Shown here: one piece after another, positions 13,002 to 21,242 of the stretch | Layout: the number at the start of each line of letters is the position of its first letter | Numbering within the stretch: position 1 is the stretch's first letter | Assembly (NCBI RefSeq): GCF_000011805.1 | Contig: NC_006841.2 | Direction: 5' to 3' (one strand) | Length of the DNA: 24,000 nt | Source: Aliivibrio fischeri ES114 | GTDB lineage: Bacteria; Pseudomonadota; Gammaproteobacteria; Enterobacterales; Vibrionaceae | Notes under the pieces: model-generated | Database searches by the model: none | Seen by the model: the letters and a program-made list of their open reading frames with translations, nothing else | Told to the model about the DNA's origin: nothing | Translations under genes and position numbers: made by a program

Positions 13002-13343
13002 TTATTTAAACCTTTTATTGAGAATTTCAACTAAATCACGGCCCTTTTCTGTCAGCTCTAAGTATTTAGTTCTATGGTCACTAGGCTCATATACCCAGCA
13101 ACAAATATCGTAACCTTTTCTATTTGGCCCAGCTCTGTCCGTTAGAACGCGGCAATGACGACTAGCGGAGGCTTGGGAAATTCCGAACCTCTCACATAAA
13201 TGATTAGCAGATACGGTAAGCGGCAAAGTAGACATAACTTCTAAAAATGCAACCATTTGCATAGGATGAATTTCATCATGAACCAATTCTCTAAATGCCA
13301 TGATGTTATCTGTAAAGGTTTTTATTTTTGTTCCTGAGATCAT
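13002..13343 (-). CDS. Winged-helix (MarR-like) transcriptional regulator
   Basis: 113 aa. The segment LCERFGISQASASRHCRVLTD fits a helix-turn-helix followed by a wing (KGYDICCWVYEPSDHRTKYLELTEKG). Confidence 0.7.
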   Translation of the reverse strand: MISGTKIKTFTDNIMAFRELVHDEIHPMQMVAFLEVMSTLPLTVSANHLCERFGISQASASRHCRVLTDRAGPNRKGYDICCWVYEPSDHRTKYLELTEKGRDLVEILNKRFK

Positions 13344-13444
13344 TGCCTTAACTCTTTTAAAAACGGATGTTTAAATTCTACATGGTCACTAATGAGAATG
13401 ATAGGCATTAGCAAAGACGAATCACTTACAACTAAACATACGTA

Positions 13445-13470
13445 CAAAAAACCGCCGGTAATGGCGGTTT
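13445..13470 (-). terminator. Rho-independent terminator
   Basis: The minus strand reads AAACCGCC-attacc-GGCGGTTT followed by TTTT. The 8-bp stem is perfect. Confidence 0.7.
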
Positions 13471-13550
13471 AGTCTATAAAACATATATTATTTTGGGATC
13501 ACCGAAAGGCATTAAGATGAAATAATCAACCATGATAGGCATCGCATAAA

Positions 13551-13736
13551 TTACGTGCCGCAAAAACTATAATTTAGAGGTATTATCGAAACAATTGTGA
13601 ATGCTAATAACGAATACCCTACAAACTGCCACTTATACAAATTCACCATTCCGATGAAATAAAGAAACAACGACAAAAGAACTATGAACGCCCAAAAATC
13701 AAAATCAAGCACAGCGTTACTCTGCGGTTTTTGCAT
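13551..13736 (-). CDS. Small two-TM hypothetical protein (61 aa)
   Basis: Two hydrophobic helices. It overlaps the upstream small ORF by 20 nt. No SD was seen. Confidence 0.3.
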   Translation of the reverse strand: MQKPQSNAVLDFDFWAFIVLLSLFLYFIGMVNLYKWQFVGYSLLAFTIVSIIPLNYSFCGT

Positions 13737-13872
13737 TCTGTTTTAACTTATCTAGTGCTTCGCCAACGGTAACAGAAATAAACTCCTTAGAATCATCGGA
13801 CAATGGTTCTTTGGTTTCCATTAATTGATTAATTACAGCCAATTTCGTTTCTATCGATAAATTATTATTCAT
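13717..13872 (-). CDS. Small hypothetical protein (51 aa from MNNNLS)
   Basis: GGGGAG RBS 4 nt before the ATG at 13872. The track start at 13908 lacks an RBS. Confidence 0.45.
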   Translation of the reverse strand: MNNNLSIETKLAVINQLMETKEPLSDDSKEFISVTVGEALDKLKQNAKTAE

Positions 13873-14287
13873 GTCACTCCCCTCTAAATAAGAATCATTC
13901 GTATACATTCACAAAAGCCACGCAAATTTATGTTATATAAAATAAAATTATAAGTGTTATTTATGCGATCAATGATTCCACAATTGATCATTTATATATT
14001 TTCATAACAATGTTACCCGTGCAAACTGGTTACAGTTCATCCTAAAAAAGGATTGTTATAAAAAAAGATTACATATAATGAAATATTATGCTTCGATAAG
14101 TTAAATTAAACACAACATAAAGTACAATTTTTAAATCAAGCCGCATATATGTTACGAAATCCTATAAGAACCCATTTAACTAAAAATACTAGAAACCATG
14201 ATATATCTAATGAAAATATCATCATGTCCACTGTTATTAGGAACAACGCTTATAATTTCAGTCATATTCCTAACCTATATTTAAGCT

Positions 14288-14785
14288 TCATTTCATTTCT
14301 TTTACTTTTTCGTATTGACTATTCAATATCTGCATAAGTTCTTTACTACCGCCAAAATCGGGATGAAATACTTTTGCAAGTAGCTTATACCTTGTACGAA
14401 TATTTTTTTGATTCACTTTACAGTCGAAATCAAAAAAAGAAATACCTAAGCAGCTAGAATCAACCGTTTCATTATGTAGGCGAACAAACTTTGCGGCCCC
14501 ACTTAGCGCTTCTGTCGCATCTTGGGCCATATCTAAAGCCTCTTTACGTTCAAGCGTAAGCGTTTCTATTCTCTTACGTAACTTATATTCATTCCCAGCG
14601 AGTGAACGTATGGTTTCATTTGCTCTATCCAATTCAGCATTAACAAAAGTGAAGTCAGAAAAACTAACACGGCACCGTTTTCGATTCCGAGTTAGCAATA
14701 ACAGAGCTACGGTTACCATTAAGACCACCACATAAAGCACACAACTATGTAAAAGAAAATTAATATATTCATTTGAAACAGTCAT
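14288..14785 (-). CDS. Membrane-anchored J-domain (DnaJ-like, DjlA-type architecture) protein
   Basis: N-terminal TM (CVLYVVVLMVTVALLLL), a coiled-coil middle and a C-terminal J-domain with IRTRYKLLAKVFHPDFGG (HPD motif). GAGGG RBS 8 nt upstream. Confidence 0.8.
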   Translation of the reverse strand: MTVSNEYINFLLHSCVLYVVVLMVTVALLLLTRNRKRCRVSFSDFTFVNAELDRANETIRSLAGNEYKLRKRIETLTLERKEALDMAQDATEALSGAAKFVRLHNETVDSSCLGISFFDFDCKVNQKNIRTRYKLLAKVFHPDFGGSKELMQILNSQYEKVKEMK

Positions 14786-14796
14786 AGATTAAGCCC

Positions 14797-14925
14797 TCAT
14801 ACCATTAAAATTACACAAATGCTTTCTAGCCTCTTCTTGTATTCTCTTTTTGTAAGAACCTCTATAGTATTCTTTAATACTTCCATAACTCTTCTAGGGA
14901 ACAAATCACATACCTTGCTAAACAT
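14797..14925 (-). CDS. Candidate 42-aa ORF immediately upstream of the J-domain gene
   Basis: MFSKVCDLFPRRVMEVLKNTIEVLTKREYKKRLESICVILMV. AGAGG lies 7 nt upstream, and the ORF ends 11 nt before the J-domain ATG. There is no comparative support. Confidence 0.25.
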   Translation of the reverse strand: MFSKVCDLFPRRVMEVLKNTIEVLTKREYKKRLESICVILMV

Positions 14926-15291
14926 CGTCATACCTCTTTAGATGTTTCTATTTCTTTTCTAATCCATTCAACATTCTCACTCCTTTGAACGTATTGTGTT
15001 ATCAATTCACAAACCTAAATGTATTCACTTTTTAATTTTAGAAAGCTTTGATTTCTTAGCCATATATGATCTATCTCAGTACAATACGTACCTATAAAAT
15101 CATATACAGAGCTTTTAATACTCCTATATCGCACTCTTGATAAAGACCGTACCTAATTCAAATCAGCCACCTAATTTGTACTAAAGTTGTTGGTTATTTG
15201 ATCTACCTTGTTTTTATTGAAAACTATATAGTTCTTTACTATATTTCAATACATACAATAAATCTGCGTAAATACGGGGTCTGTTATTGGT

Positions 15292-15345
15292 GCCACAACG
15301 CCCTTTTTGGGTTGGGCCAGTTGTTCAGGGCGTAGTGGGCTTTTT
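15292..15345. terminator. Long imperfect hairpin abutting the TonB-dependent receptor stop codon
   Basis: GCCACAACGCCC (15292-15303) pairs imperfectly with GGGCGTAGTGGGC (15328-15340). The T-run is on the plus strand only, so its role in terminating the minus-strand operon is uncertain. Confidence 0.3.
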
Positions 15346-15346
15346 C

Positions 15347-17485
15347 TTAGAACTCGTACTGTGCTGATAGCATATAGTTACGGCCCTCGCCGATACTCAT
15401 ACCAGAGTAATCACCACTTGTTTCATACTCTTTATCAAATACGTTGTTAATCTTAGCTCTGAATGAAAGCTCATCACCTGAATCCATAGGCATACGATAA
15501 ATAGCACCTACATCCGCCAAGGTGTAAGCCGATTTCTTTGGCTCATCATTGGCGCTATTACCGTAACGCGAACCAATGTAATAAACACCAGCATTCAGAT
15601 CGATATGGTCTGTTAACTCATAGTTAGCCCATGCGTTAGCCGTCCATTGTGGAACGTCTGCTATTTTCTTACCGTCATACTTCGGCTGGCCCTCATATTC
15701 AGCAATTAAGTACTGCGCACCAGCCTTAACAGTTAATAACTCTGTCACACGACCCGTGATTGTTGTATCAATACCTGTATTAATCTGTTTGCCGCCCTGC
15801 TCTGTTTTCTTGGTGATAGCTGGATTATTTGGATCACGATACTTTCTATCAGTAACTGAAATGTTTTCTTTCACTATCTGGAATAAAGACGTTTCAAATA
15901 TAGCGCTGTTATCCATGAACTCCTGTTTATAACCAATCTCATATAAATGGCCTAGCTCTGGTTCACGTTCCATTCCATCGTTCGCATCGCTTGAACTACT
16001 AATAGGCGTTTGAGGAACAAACGATTGTGAGTAACTAGCGTATATTGTTGAGTCAGCGGATGGATGGAACATAACCGCAGCACTTGGCAAGACGTTGAAA
16101 TATTCAGTATCTTCGCCTTTGCCGTCTCTCTTATCATTCTTAGAACGATATTTGATGTAGTAATCGGCACGAGCACCAGCTAGAACTTGCCAGTAGTCAT
16201 TAAACGTTATCAAATCTTGTACATATAAGCCTGTTTGGAAATTAGAATAAACGTTAGAACTTGGCTTACCTGATTTACTTGGATCAAATCCGTAAATTGG
16301 TGTCGCAGGGTTAGTACTTGCGGCCTGCTTAACACCACCGTATAAACTGTTACGTGAATACTCATGATCTACAAAGTTGGTGCCAACAAGCAACTTATGC
16401 TCAATTGAACCTGTATTAAAGTCACCCGTTAGATCCATAGTACCTGTATGAACATCATAACTATTATCACGCTTACCAGTATTAAACTCGTACTTACCTG
16501 TTTGAGCACTATCTTTCATTGGTCTAATGCTTGAAGTCTTAGCAGTATTAACCATATTCAACTTGTGATAGCTTGCCGTTAACTTCCAGTCATTATCAAA
16601 GTGGTGCGTTAGCTTAACGCCAATGCTTTCCTCTTCTTTCTCATTGGTTGACCAAGGTGTATTAAGAATTAAATCACGGTCGCCAATAATGTTGCCGTCT
16701 TCATCAAAGTAAGCGCCACTATCTTGGTGCCCTTTTTGCGTCTTGTAATCATAAGATAGCGATAACATCGTGTCGTCTGTCAGATCATAATCAAGCATGA
16801 TTGCCAATAAATCACGGCGTGTAGTTGGATGAACGCCATTAACGTAGTGTCTAAAGTTATCTTTTGATTGTTTTGAGGCAATTACACGATAACGTAAATC
16901 GTCCGTTGCGGAACCTGTAGTATCCACCACTGAACGCGAAAAGTTATTACTACCAACATCTTGAGAAATCATAGTGCGGCGCTGGTATTCAGGCTCTTTT
17001 GTTACCATGTTCACCAATCCTGCTGGTGAACCTTTACCATAAAGAAGACCTGACGGGCCTTTTAGCACTTCAATTCGCTCATACATTTCTACAGGTTCTT
17101 GAATAAGGGAATATTTCTGCTCACCATTACGCAAATAACCATCGTTAGTAGTTAACTGGAAACCGCGAATATAAAAGTTTTCGTGTCCGTCGCTTTCATA
17201 AGTAGAAACGGTTGAGGCATCGTTCTTAAGCGCTTTATCAAGTGAGGTCGCCTGTAAATCATCAAGTAACTTTCTATCAATGCTATTTACAGAACGTGGG
17301 TTCTCAAGCGGTGCAATATCCATTTTAGTCGCAGTGCTTACGGATTCAGTTTTATAATCTGGGCGTGTACCTACAACCTCAATGGCTTCAAACGTAGAAA
17401 CATTATCTGTATCAGCAAAAGATTTAACGGGCGATAATGACGCAGCAATAGCAATAGCAAGAGTGGTTAATTTAGTTTTGGTCAT
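15347..17485 (-). CDS. TonB-dependent (siderophore-type) outer membrane receptor
   Basis: 712 aa. Signal peptide ...SPVKSFA|D, a TonB-box-like STFEAIEVVG, plug motifs (IEVLKGPSGLLYG) and a C-terminal barrel ending NNVFDKEYE...YMLSAQYEF. Confidence 0.95.
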   Translation of the reverse strand: MTKTKLTTLAIAIAASLSPVKSFADTDNVSTFEAIEVVGTRPDYKTESVSTATKMDIAPLENPRSVNSIDRKLLDDLQATSLDKALKNDASTVSTYESDGHENFYIRGFQLTTNDGYLRNGEQKYSLIQEPVEMYERIEVLKGPSGLLYGKGSPAGLVNMVTKEPEYQRRTMISQDVGSNNFSRSVVDTTGSATDDLRYRVIASKQSKDNFRHYVNGVHPTTRRDLLAIMLDYDLTDDTMLSLSYDYKTQKGHQDSGAYFDEDGNIIGDRDLILNTPWSTNEKEEESIGVKLTHHFDNDWKLTASYHKLNMVNTAKTSSIRPMKDSAQTGKYEFNTGKRDNSYDVHTGTMDLTGDFNTGSIEHKLLVGTNFVDHEYSRNSLYGGVKQAASTNPATPIYGFDPSKSGKPSSNVYSNFQTGLYVQDLITFNDYWQVLAGARADYYIKYRSKNDKRDGKGEDTEYFNVLPSAAVMFHPSADSTIYASYSQSFVPQTPISSSSDANDGMEREPELGHLYEIGYKQEFMDNSAIFETSLFQIVKENISVTDRKYRDPNNPAITKKTEQGGKQINTGIDTTITGRVTELLTVKAGAQYLIAEYEGQPKYDGKKIADVPQWTANAWANYELTDHIDLNAGVYYIGSRYGNSANDEPKKSAYTLADVGAIYRMPMDSGDELSFRAKINNVFDKEYETSGDYSGMSIGEGRNYMLSAQYEF

Positions 17486-18501
17486 ATTTTTTTGCCTTTT
17501 AAGGTTAAATTCGAGTTTTCTTCTAAAGAGAAAATTTCTATTTGCATTTCAAAAGCGCGTAGGCGCTTGTAAATTGACATTAACTCGACACAGCTCGACC
17601 ATCGGCGGATTAGGAACCTTAAGGAACTCTCAACCTTTGAGTATGATGAAGTGATTTGCTTCAACACTCCCAAGGTAATCGCCGCTTGTAATATTGTTGG
17701 ACTCATAAAAATGTAAACGGTAAGTTCCGAATACTTGCTATATGCACTTGAACAGCTATCAAACCAAAGATAAGCACGATACATACTAAAATAGTTGTGG
17801 CGCACATCATCAAACAGTTCTTTTAAGCCTTTCGGTGTAGCTCGGCTTTCATCATCTTCCCCTAAAACTAATTCTTTCCTGAATGCCGCCTCTACTTTTT
17901 GGTTGTTGTATTCATAAGCTGGTAATTTCCTACCAATGAACATTAAAAACGCGATTCCACCGAATGAGGAAACAACGGCAACGATAACCATTGAATGTTC
18001 AACCCCACCAAAGAACGGGATCACCTTTACGTGCTTGGATAGTTCCCACAACAACGGGATAAACGTCGCTAGTGTCATGAAATTCCTAAGAATGCTTATT
18101 CCTAAGTCTTCAACCAGCTTTGCAAACCTCATTGTGTCTTCTTGTATCCTCTGACTTGCTCCTTCGATTTGACGAATTAAAGGCCAGTGCTTTGTATAGT
18201 GCTCGTTCATGGCGCAACGCCACCTAAAGATCCAGTGCCTTACGAAGTAATCAACCACCACAGAAATAACGACGTACATAGTTGTGATCTTAAAAAAATC
18301 AAAAATAACATTTCTAAAATCAACAAACTTGACGGCATTGGGAGAAACTAACGCCTCTTGGATAAGATCATAAAAATGACCGTTCCAGTAGTTAAGTTCC
18401 ACATCAATACCGACTCTGAACCAATTAACAGCAACCACCGCAGTAGTGCCGTAAATTGACCAAAAGAACCATTTTCTATTTAAAAAGAAACAACGAAACA
18501 T
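17482..18501 (-). CDS. SbmA/BacA family inner-membrane peptide transporter (TMD-only, no ATPase domain)
   Basis: Colinear with E. coli SbmA as I recall it: YWNGHFYDLIQEAL, HWIFRWRCAMNEHY, IEGASQRIQEDTMRFA, NQKVEAAFRKELVLGEDDESRATP and CVELMSIYKRLRAFE. The ATG at 18501 (MFRCFF, GAGG 9 nt upstream) is preferred over the TTG at 18516. Its stop overlaps the receptor start (ATGA). Confidence 0.88.
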   Translation of the reverse strand: MFRCFFLNRKWFFWSIYGTTAVVAVNWFRVGIDVELNYWNGHFYDLIQEALVSPNAVKFVDFRNVIFDFFKITTMYVVISVVVDYFVRHWIFRWRCAMNEHYTKHWPLIRQIEGASQRIQEDTMRFAKLVEDLGISILRNFMTLATFIPLLWELSKHVKVIPFFGGVEHSMVIVAVVSSFGGIAFLMFIGRKLPAYEYNNQKVEAAFRKELVLGEDDESRATPKGLKELFDDVRHNYFSMYRAYLWFDSCSSAYSKYSELTVYIFMSPTILQAAITLGVLKQITSSYSKVESSLRFLIRRWSSCVELMSIYKRLRAFEMQIEIFSLEENSNLTLKGKKI

Positions 18502-18544
18502 AAGCGATAACCTCAATTAATAAAGTTACCTTTTATTGCTTTTA

Positions 18545-18688
18545 TTAGTTTTTAATAATCACTGGTTCCATACGAAATAAACGATTATCCCATTGCTGGT
18601 AATCACTGACCTTTGAATCAGACGTATAAGCCACCGCACAACTGAGCAAGGCCAATGTCATAAGAGCTATAATTAAGGCAACTTTCAT
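18545..18688 (-). CDS. Mini-lipoprotein (47 aa), below the ORF-track cutoff
   Basis: MKVALIIALMTLALLSCAVAYTSDSKVSDYQQWDNRLFRMEPVIIKN has a signal peptide with an LLSC lipobox. GGAG lies 8 nt upstream. It fills the gap between the OMP and SbmA-like genes. Confidence 0.5.
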   Translation of the reverse strand: MKVALIIALMTLALLSCAVAYTSDSKVSDYQQWDNRLFRMEPVIIKN

Positions 18689-18733
18689 TTTAAAAACTCC
18701 GTGTATATAAATTGATAGTAAAGATTTATGGAC

Positions 18734-19288
18734 TTAGAACTTAACGCCAAGCATTAAGCTGGAAATAGTAGAATCAACGTAGTAATCATCTGCTATTTCT
18801 ATATCAGCTCTCTTAATATCAATAGAAAGAGTCACTTTATCGTTAAACTCGGCACGGATACCAAGCCCTTTAGCGAAGCTGATAACTGAAAAATCGTGAC
18901 GCTGCCAATAATCTGTATAACCAAGAATATTATTCTCAATACCAACCATTACATACGGCTTTACGCTTACAGCATTGTTAAGGTCAAATCTATAACCAAA
19001 CTCAGGATAAGCGCCAAAGGTGCCAATCTCGCCAGTAACACCCGTCGCCAGCAATTCGTGACGAGCATAACGTGCAGAGATCCCCACTATCTTATTTATC
19101 TCTTTATGAACACCGATAGCGAAACCATTGCCATTAGCACTAGCGTCGTCATGAGACGAAAATCCCACACGGCCCACCATAACAGTAACGTCGTTTCGTG
19201 TAGCTGGTTCTTCCTCAGCTGAAAATGCTGGTGAAGATACGAATAATGCTAACGCCAACGGCGCTAATTTAGATTTGTACATGGTCAT
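18734..19288 (-). CDS. Small outer-membrane beta-barrel protein (OmpX/OmpW-size)
   Basis: 184 aa. Signal peptide ...SSPAFSA|E, alternating hydrophobic beta-strand pattern and a terminal aromatic residue (GVKF). Confidence 0.78.
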   Translation of the reverse strand: MTMYKSKLAPLALALFVSSPAFSAEEEPATRNDVTVMVGRVGFSSHDDASANGNGFAIGVHKEINKIVGISARYARHELLATGVTGEIGTFGAYPEFGYRFDLNNAVSVKPYVMVGIENNILGYTDYWQRHDFSVISFAKGLGIRAEFNDKVTLSIDIKRADIEIADDYYVDSTISSLMLGVKF

Positions 19289-19527
19289 ACCTTATTACTT
19301 TTTGACTCTTGTCCATCAAGTATCATCAATTTAGTTGTGTACTTGTGGGTTAGTGTTGCTCTAATGAGTGCGGAGATCATTTGCCTGTCTCTAATCCACC
19401 ACTTATTTAATAAATCACGGCTATAGCGAGACTTTTCAGCTAAGTCAGATATAGACAAATCAAGTTTCTTAAGATGATTAGCTAAACTAACTTTCTTAAA
19501 AGTCGTTACCTCATAGCTGTTATCCAT
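19285..19527 (-). CDS. Small putative HTH DNA-binding protein (80 aa)
   Basis: The segment LSISDLAEKSRYSRDLLNKWW looks like a helix-turn-helix. Its stop overlaps the OMP start (ATGA). It is the first gene of the minus-strand operon. Confidence 0.5.
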   Translation of the reverse strand: MDNSYEVTTFKKVSLANHLKKLDLSISDLAEKSRYSRDLLNKWWIRDRQMISALIRATLTHKYTTKLMILDGQESKSNKV

Positions 19528-20294
19528 CGCACATCATTAACCCGAACAGTGCGAATACTATTGCCAAATGACACGAATAGCAACAACAAACTCAAATTAG
19601 AACAAAAAAGGAGCGCAATCGACACATGAAAGACAAAATAAGCATCGATAGAGTCATTACTGTGAGGTATAAGAAAATCCATTACGAAATGCTATTTACT
19701 TTAAATTCAAAAGATAATTGTTGCGGATAGTGTCCATCATCCTGTTAATCGCCCCCCCCATTTCGTACGGCAATAACCCTTAATACAAATTCATGACATA
19801 GTTGAGCCTCAATGATAAGGCAAGCTCCGCCCTTGCTTGTAAATGCTACTTTACATAGGCTCAGTGAAGTATAGCGATTTGTAACCAAGCACATCACGGT
19901 AAAGAATTTCTACGGTATCGAGTAAAATTTCTATTTTTGTACTTCCCTTCACTATACTTTTTAGTTATGAGCACCGTGCAAGAAAGCCGATTTCCAGAGG
20001 ACAGAAATTTCTTTTCGATTTTGTGCCACATAAAAAAGCACAAACTAAATAGATGATCTTTACTATCCATCAAAAATTTACTCAACTGAAAAATAAAATG
20101 GCTACTTCAGAGCAAAAATCACTGTTCAGATCACTAAATGATGATAATAAATTATCTGGGTTATGTGTTTATGAACAGAACGATTAGAAATGACACGATT
20201 GATTCAGTGTCCTGTTTGATGATGCAAGTAGATGCTGTAGAATTAGGCAGTAAAACAAGACAAAAATTTTAATAAAACTGTATAAGGTTCGACC

Positions 20295-20945
20295 ATGAAG
20301 CAAAAGTCTATACTCGCTCGTAATATCGAACAGCGAAAATATGATCTAGGGATCACTACTAACATTGAAGTAGCACGTAAATCAGGTGTTAGCCGAGCGG
20401 TCATTACAAATATTGGACTACACCCAAATAAAAGTATCATGTTGGACAGTGCTGTACTTCTAGCTAAGGCTCTTGATTGTCGGCTTGAATGGTTAGCAAC
20501 TGGTGAGGGGCCTATTAACCTTGATGATGTAGAAAGATACAACCGTTTACGTTACGGGGCCGTTGTAATTCGTACGTCAGAACTTGAATCATTGACACCA
20601 GAAGAACTTTTAAAGGAACTTTACGACGATCAAAGCCGTGAACGAGTTCCGTGCCCTGCTGGTAATAGTTTTACAACATTCATCGTTAGATTGAATCAAG
20701 ATCTTGGAAAATATGCTGCAGGTGGAATGATGTATTTCGACTATGAAAAGACACCAATAACAGGATCTATTGTTCTGGCTAAAACTGCGAAAGATGCAGC
20801 ACCAGAAATCATGGAATACACAAAGGCACACAATAGATCGTTCTTAAAATCGTTAAGTGAAGATTTACCAGCGGAATTAAAATTTATAGAAATTACAGAA
20901 GAAATGGCAATCATTTCAACTTTAACGGCTTACGCTATCACTTAA
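20295..20945 (+). CDS. CI/LexA-like repressor (XRE HTH + S24 peptidase-like C-terminal domain)
   Basis: The N-terminal part has ARKSGVSRAVITNI and LEWLATGEGP, typical of phage CI-like repressors. The C-terminal part has AGNSF (compare lambda CI GNSM), GSIVLAK and a downstream Lys (EYTK). Confidence 0.82.
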   Translation: MKQKSILARNIEQRKYDLGITTNIEVARKSGVSRAVITNIGLHPNKSIMLDSAVLLAKALDCRLEWLATGEGPINLDDVERYNRLRYGAVVIRTSELESLTPEELLKELYDDQSRERVPCPAGNSFTTFIVRLNQDLGKYAAGGMMYFDYEKTPITGSIVLAKTAKDAAPEIMEYTKAHNRSFLKSLSEDLPAELKFIEITEEMAIISTLTAYAIT

Positions 20946-20971
20946 TAAGCATACAAAAGTTTAGCCACCAC

Positions 20972-21000
20972 AAAGCCCCGTTTCTAAGGGGCCTTCTTTT
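20972..21000 (+). terminator. Weak intrinsic terminator after the repressor gene
   Basis: GCCCC-gtttctaa-GGGGC followed by CTTCTTTTTT. Confidence 0.45.
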
Positions 21001-21195
21001 TTATCTCATGGAACTGAAACTGATAAAAAATCTTTTTTAATATTGCATGTAGTTCACTTTATTGCACTGAACTATTATCGCATGCTCCGTTCAGATTAAA
21101 ACCGTACAAATGAATTTAAAAAAACGTAATCTTTAAAATGCTTATGGATTAGTATGAACAATATGAAAAATGAATACTGCAAGTAAAACTGTTTC

Positions 21196-21216
21196 GGGGT
21201 TCCACAAGAGAACCCC
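21196..21216 (-). terminator. Hairpin downstream of the MCP gene
   Basis: GGGGTTC-cacaaga-GAACCCC forms a 7-bp stem 27 nt after the MCP stop. On the minus strand the T-run (TTTT) is set 7 nt away, so this is a moderate call. Confidence 0.4.
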
Positions 21217-21242
21217 TCAAAAGGTAAACCTAAAGCCGTCAG

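Noticed and set aside
14149-14337. 62-aa plus-strand ORF in the AT-rich spacer
   Set aside because: It is a low-complexity product of AT-rich sequence, overlaps the 3' end of the J-domain gene and has no RBS.
19626-19730. 34-aa plus-strand ORF (MKDKISIDRVITVRYKKIHYEMLFTLNSKDNCCG) after an AAGGAG
   Set aside because: The SD-to-ATG spacing is about 12 nt. There is no terminator and no comparative support.
19894-20085. 63-aa minus-strand ORF as a Cro-like partner of the CI-like repressor
   Set aside because: No helix-turn-helix pattern. The composition is Cys/Phe/Lys-rich and odd, there is no RBS, and it lies about 200 bp from the repressor start.
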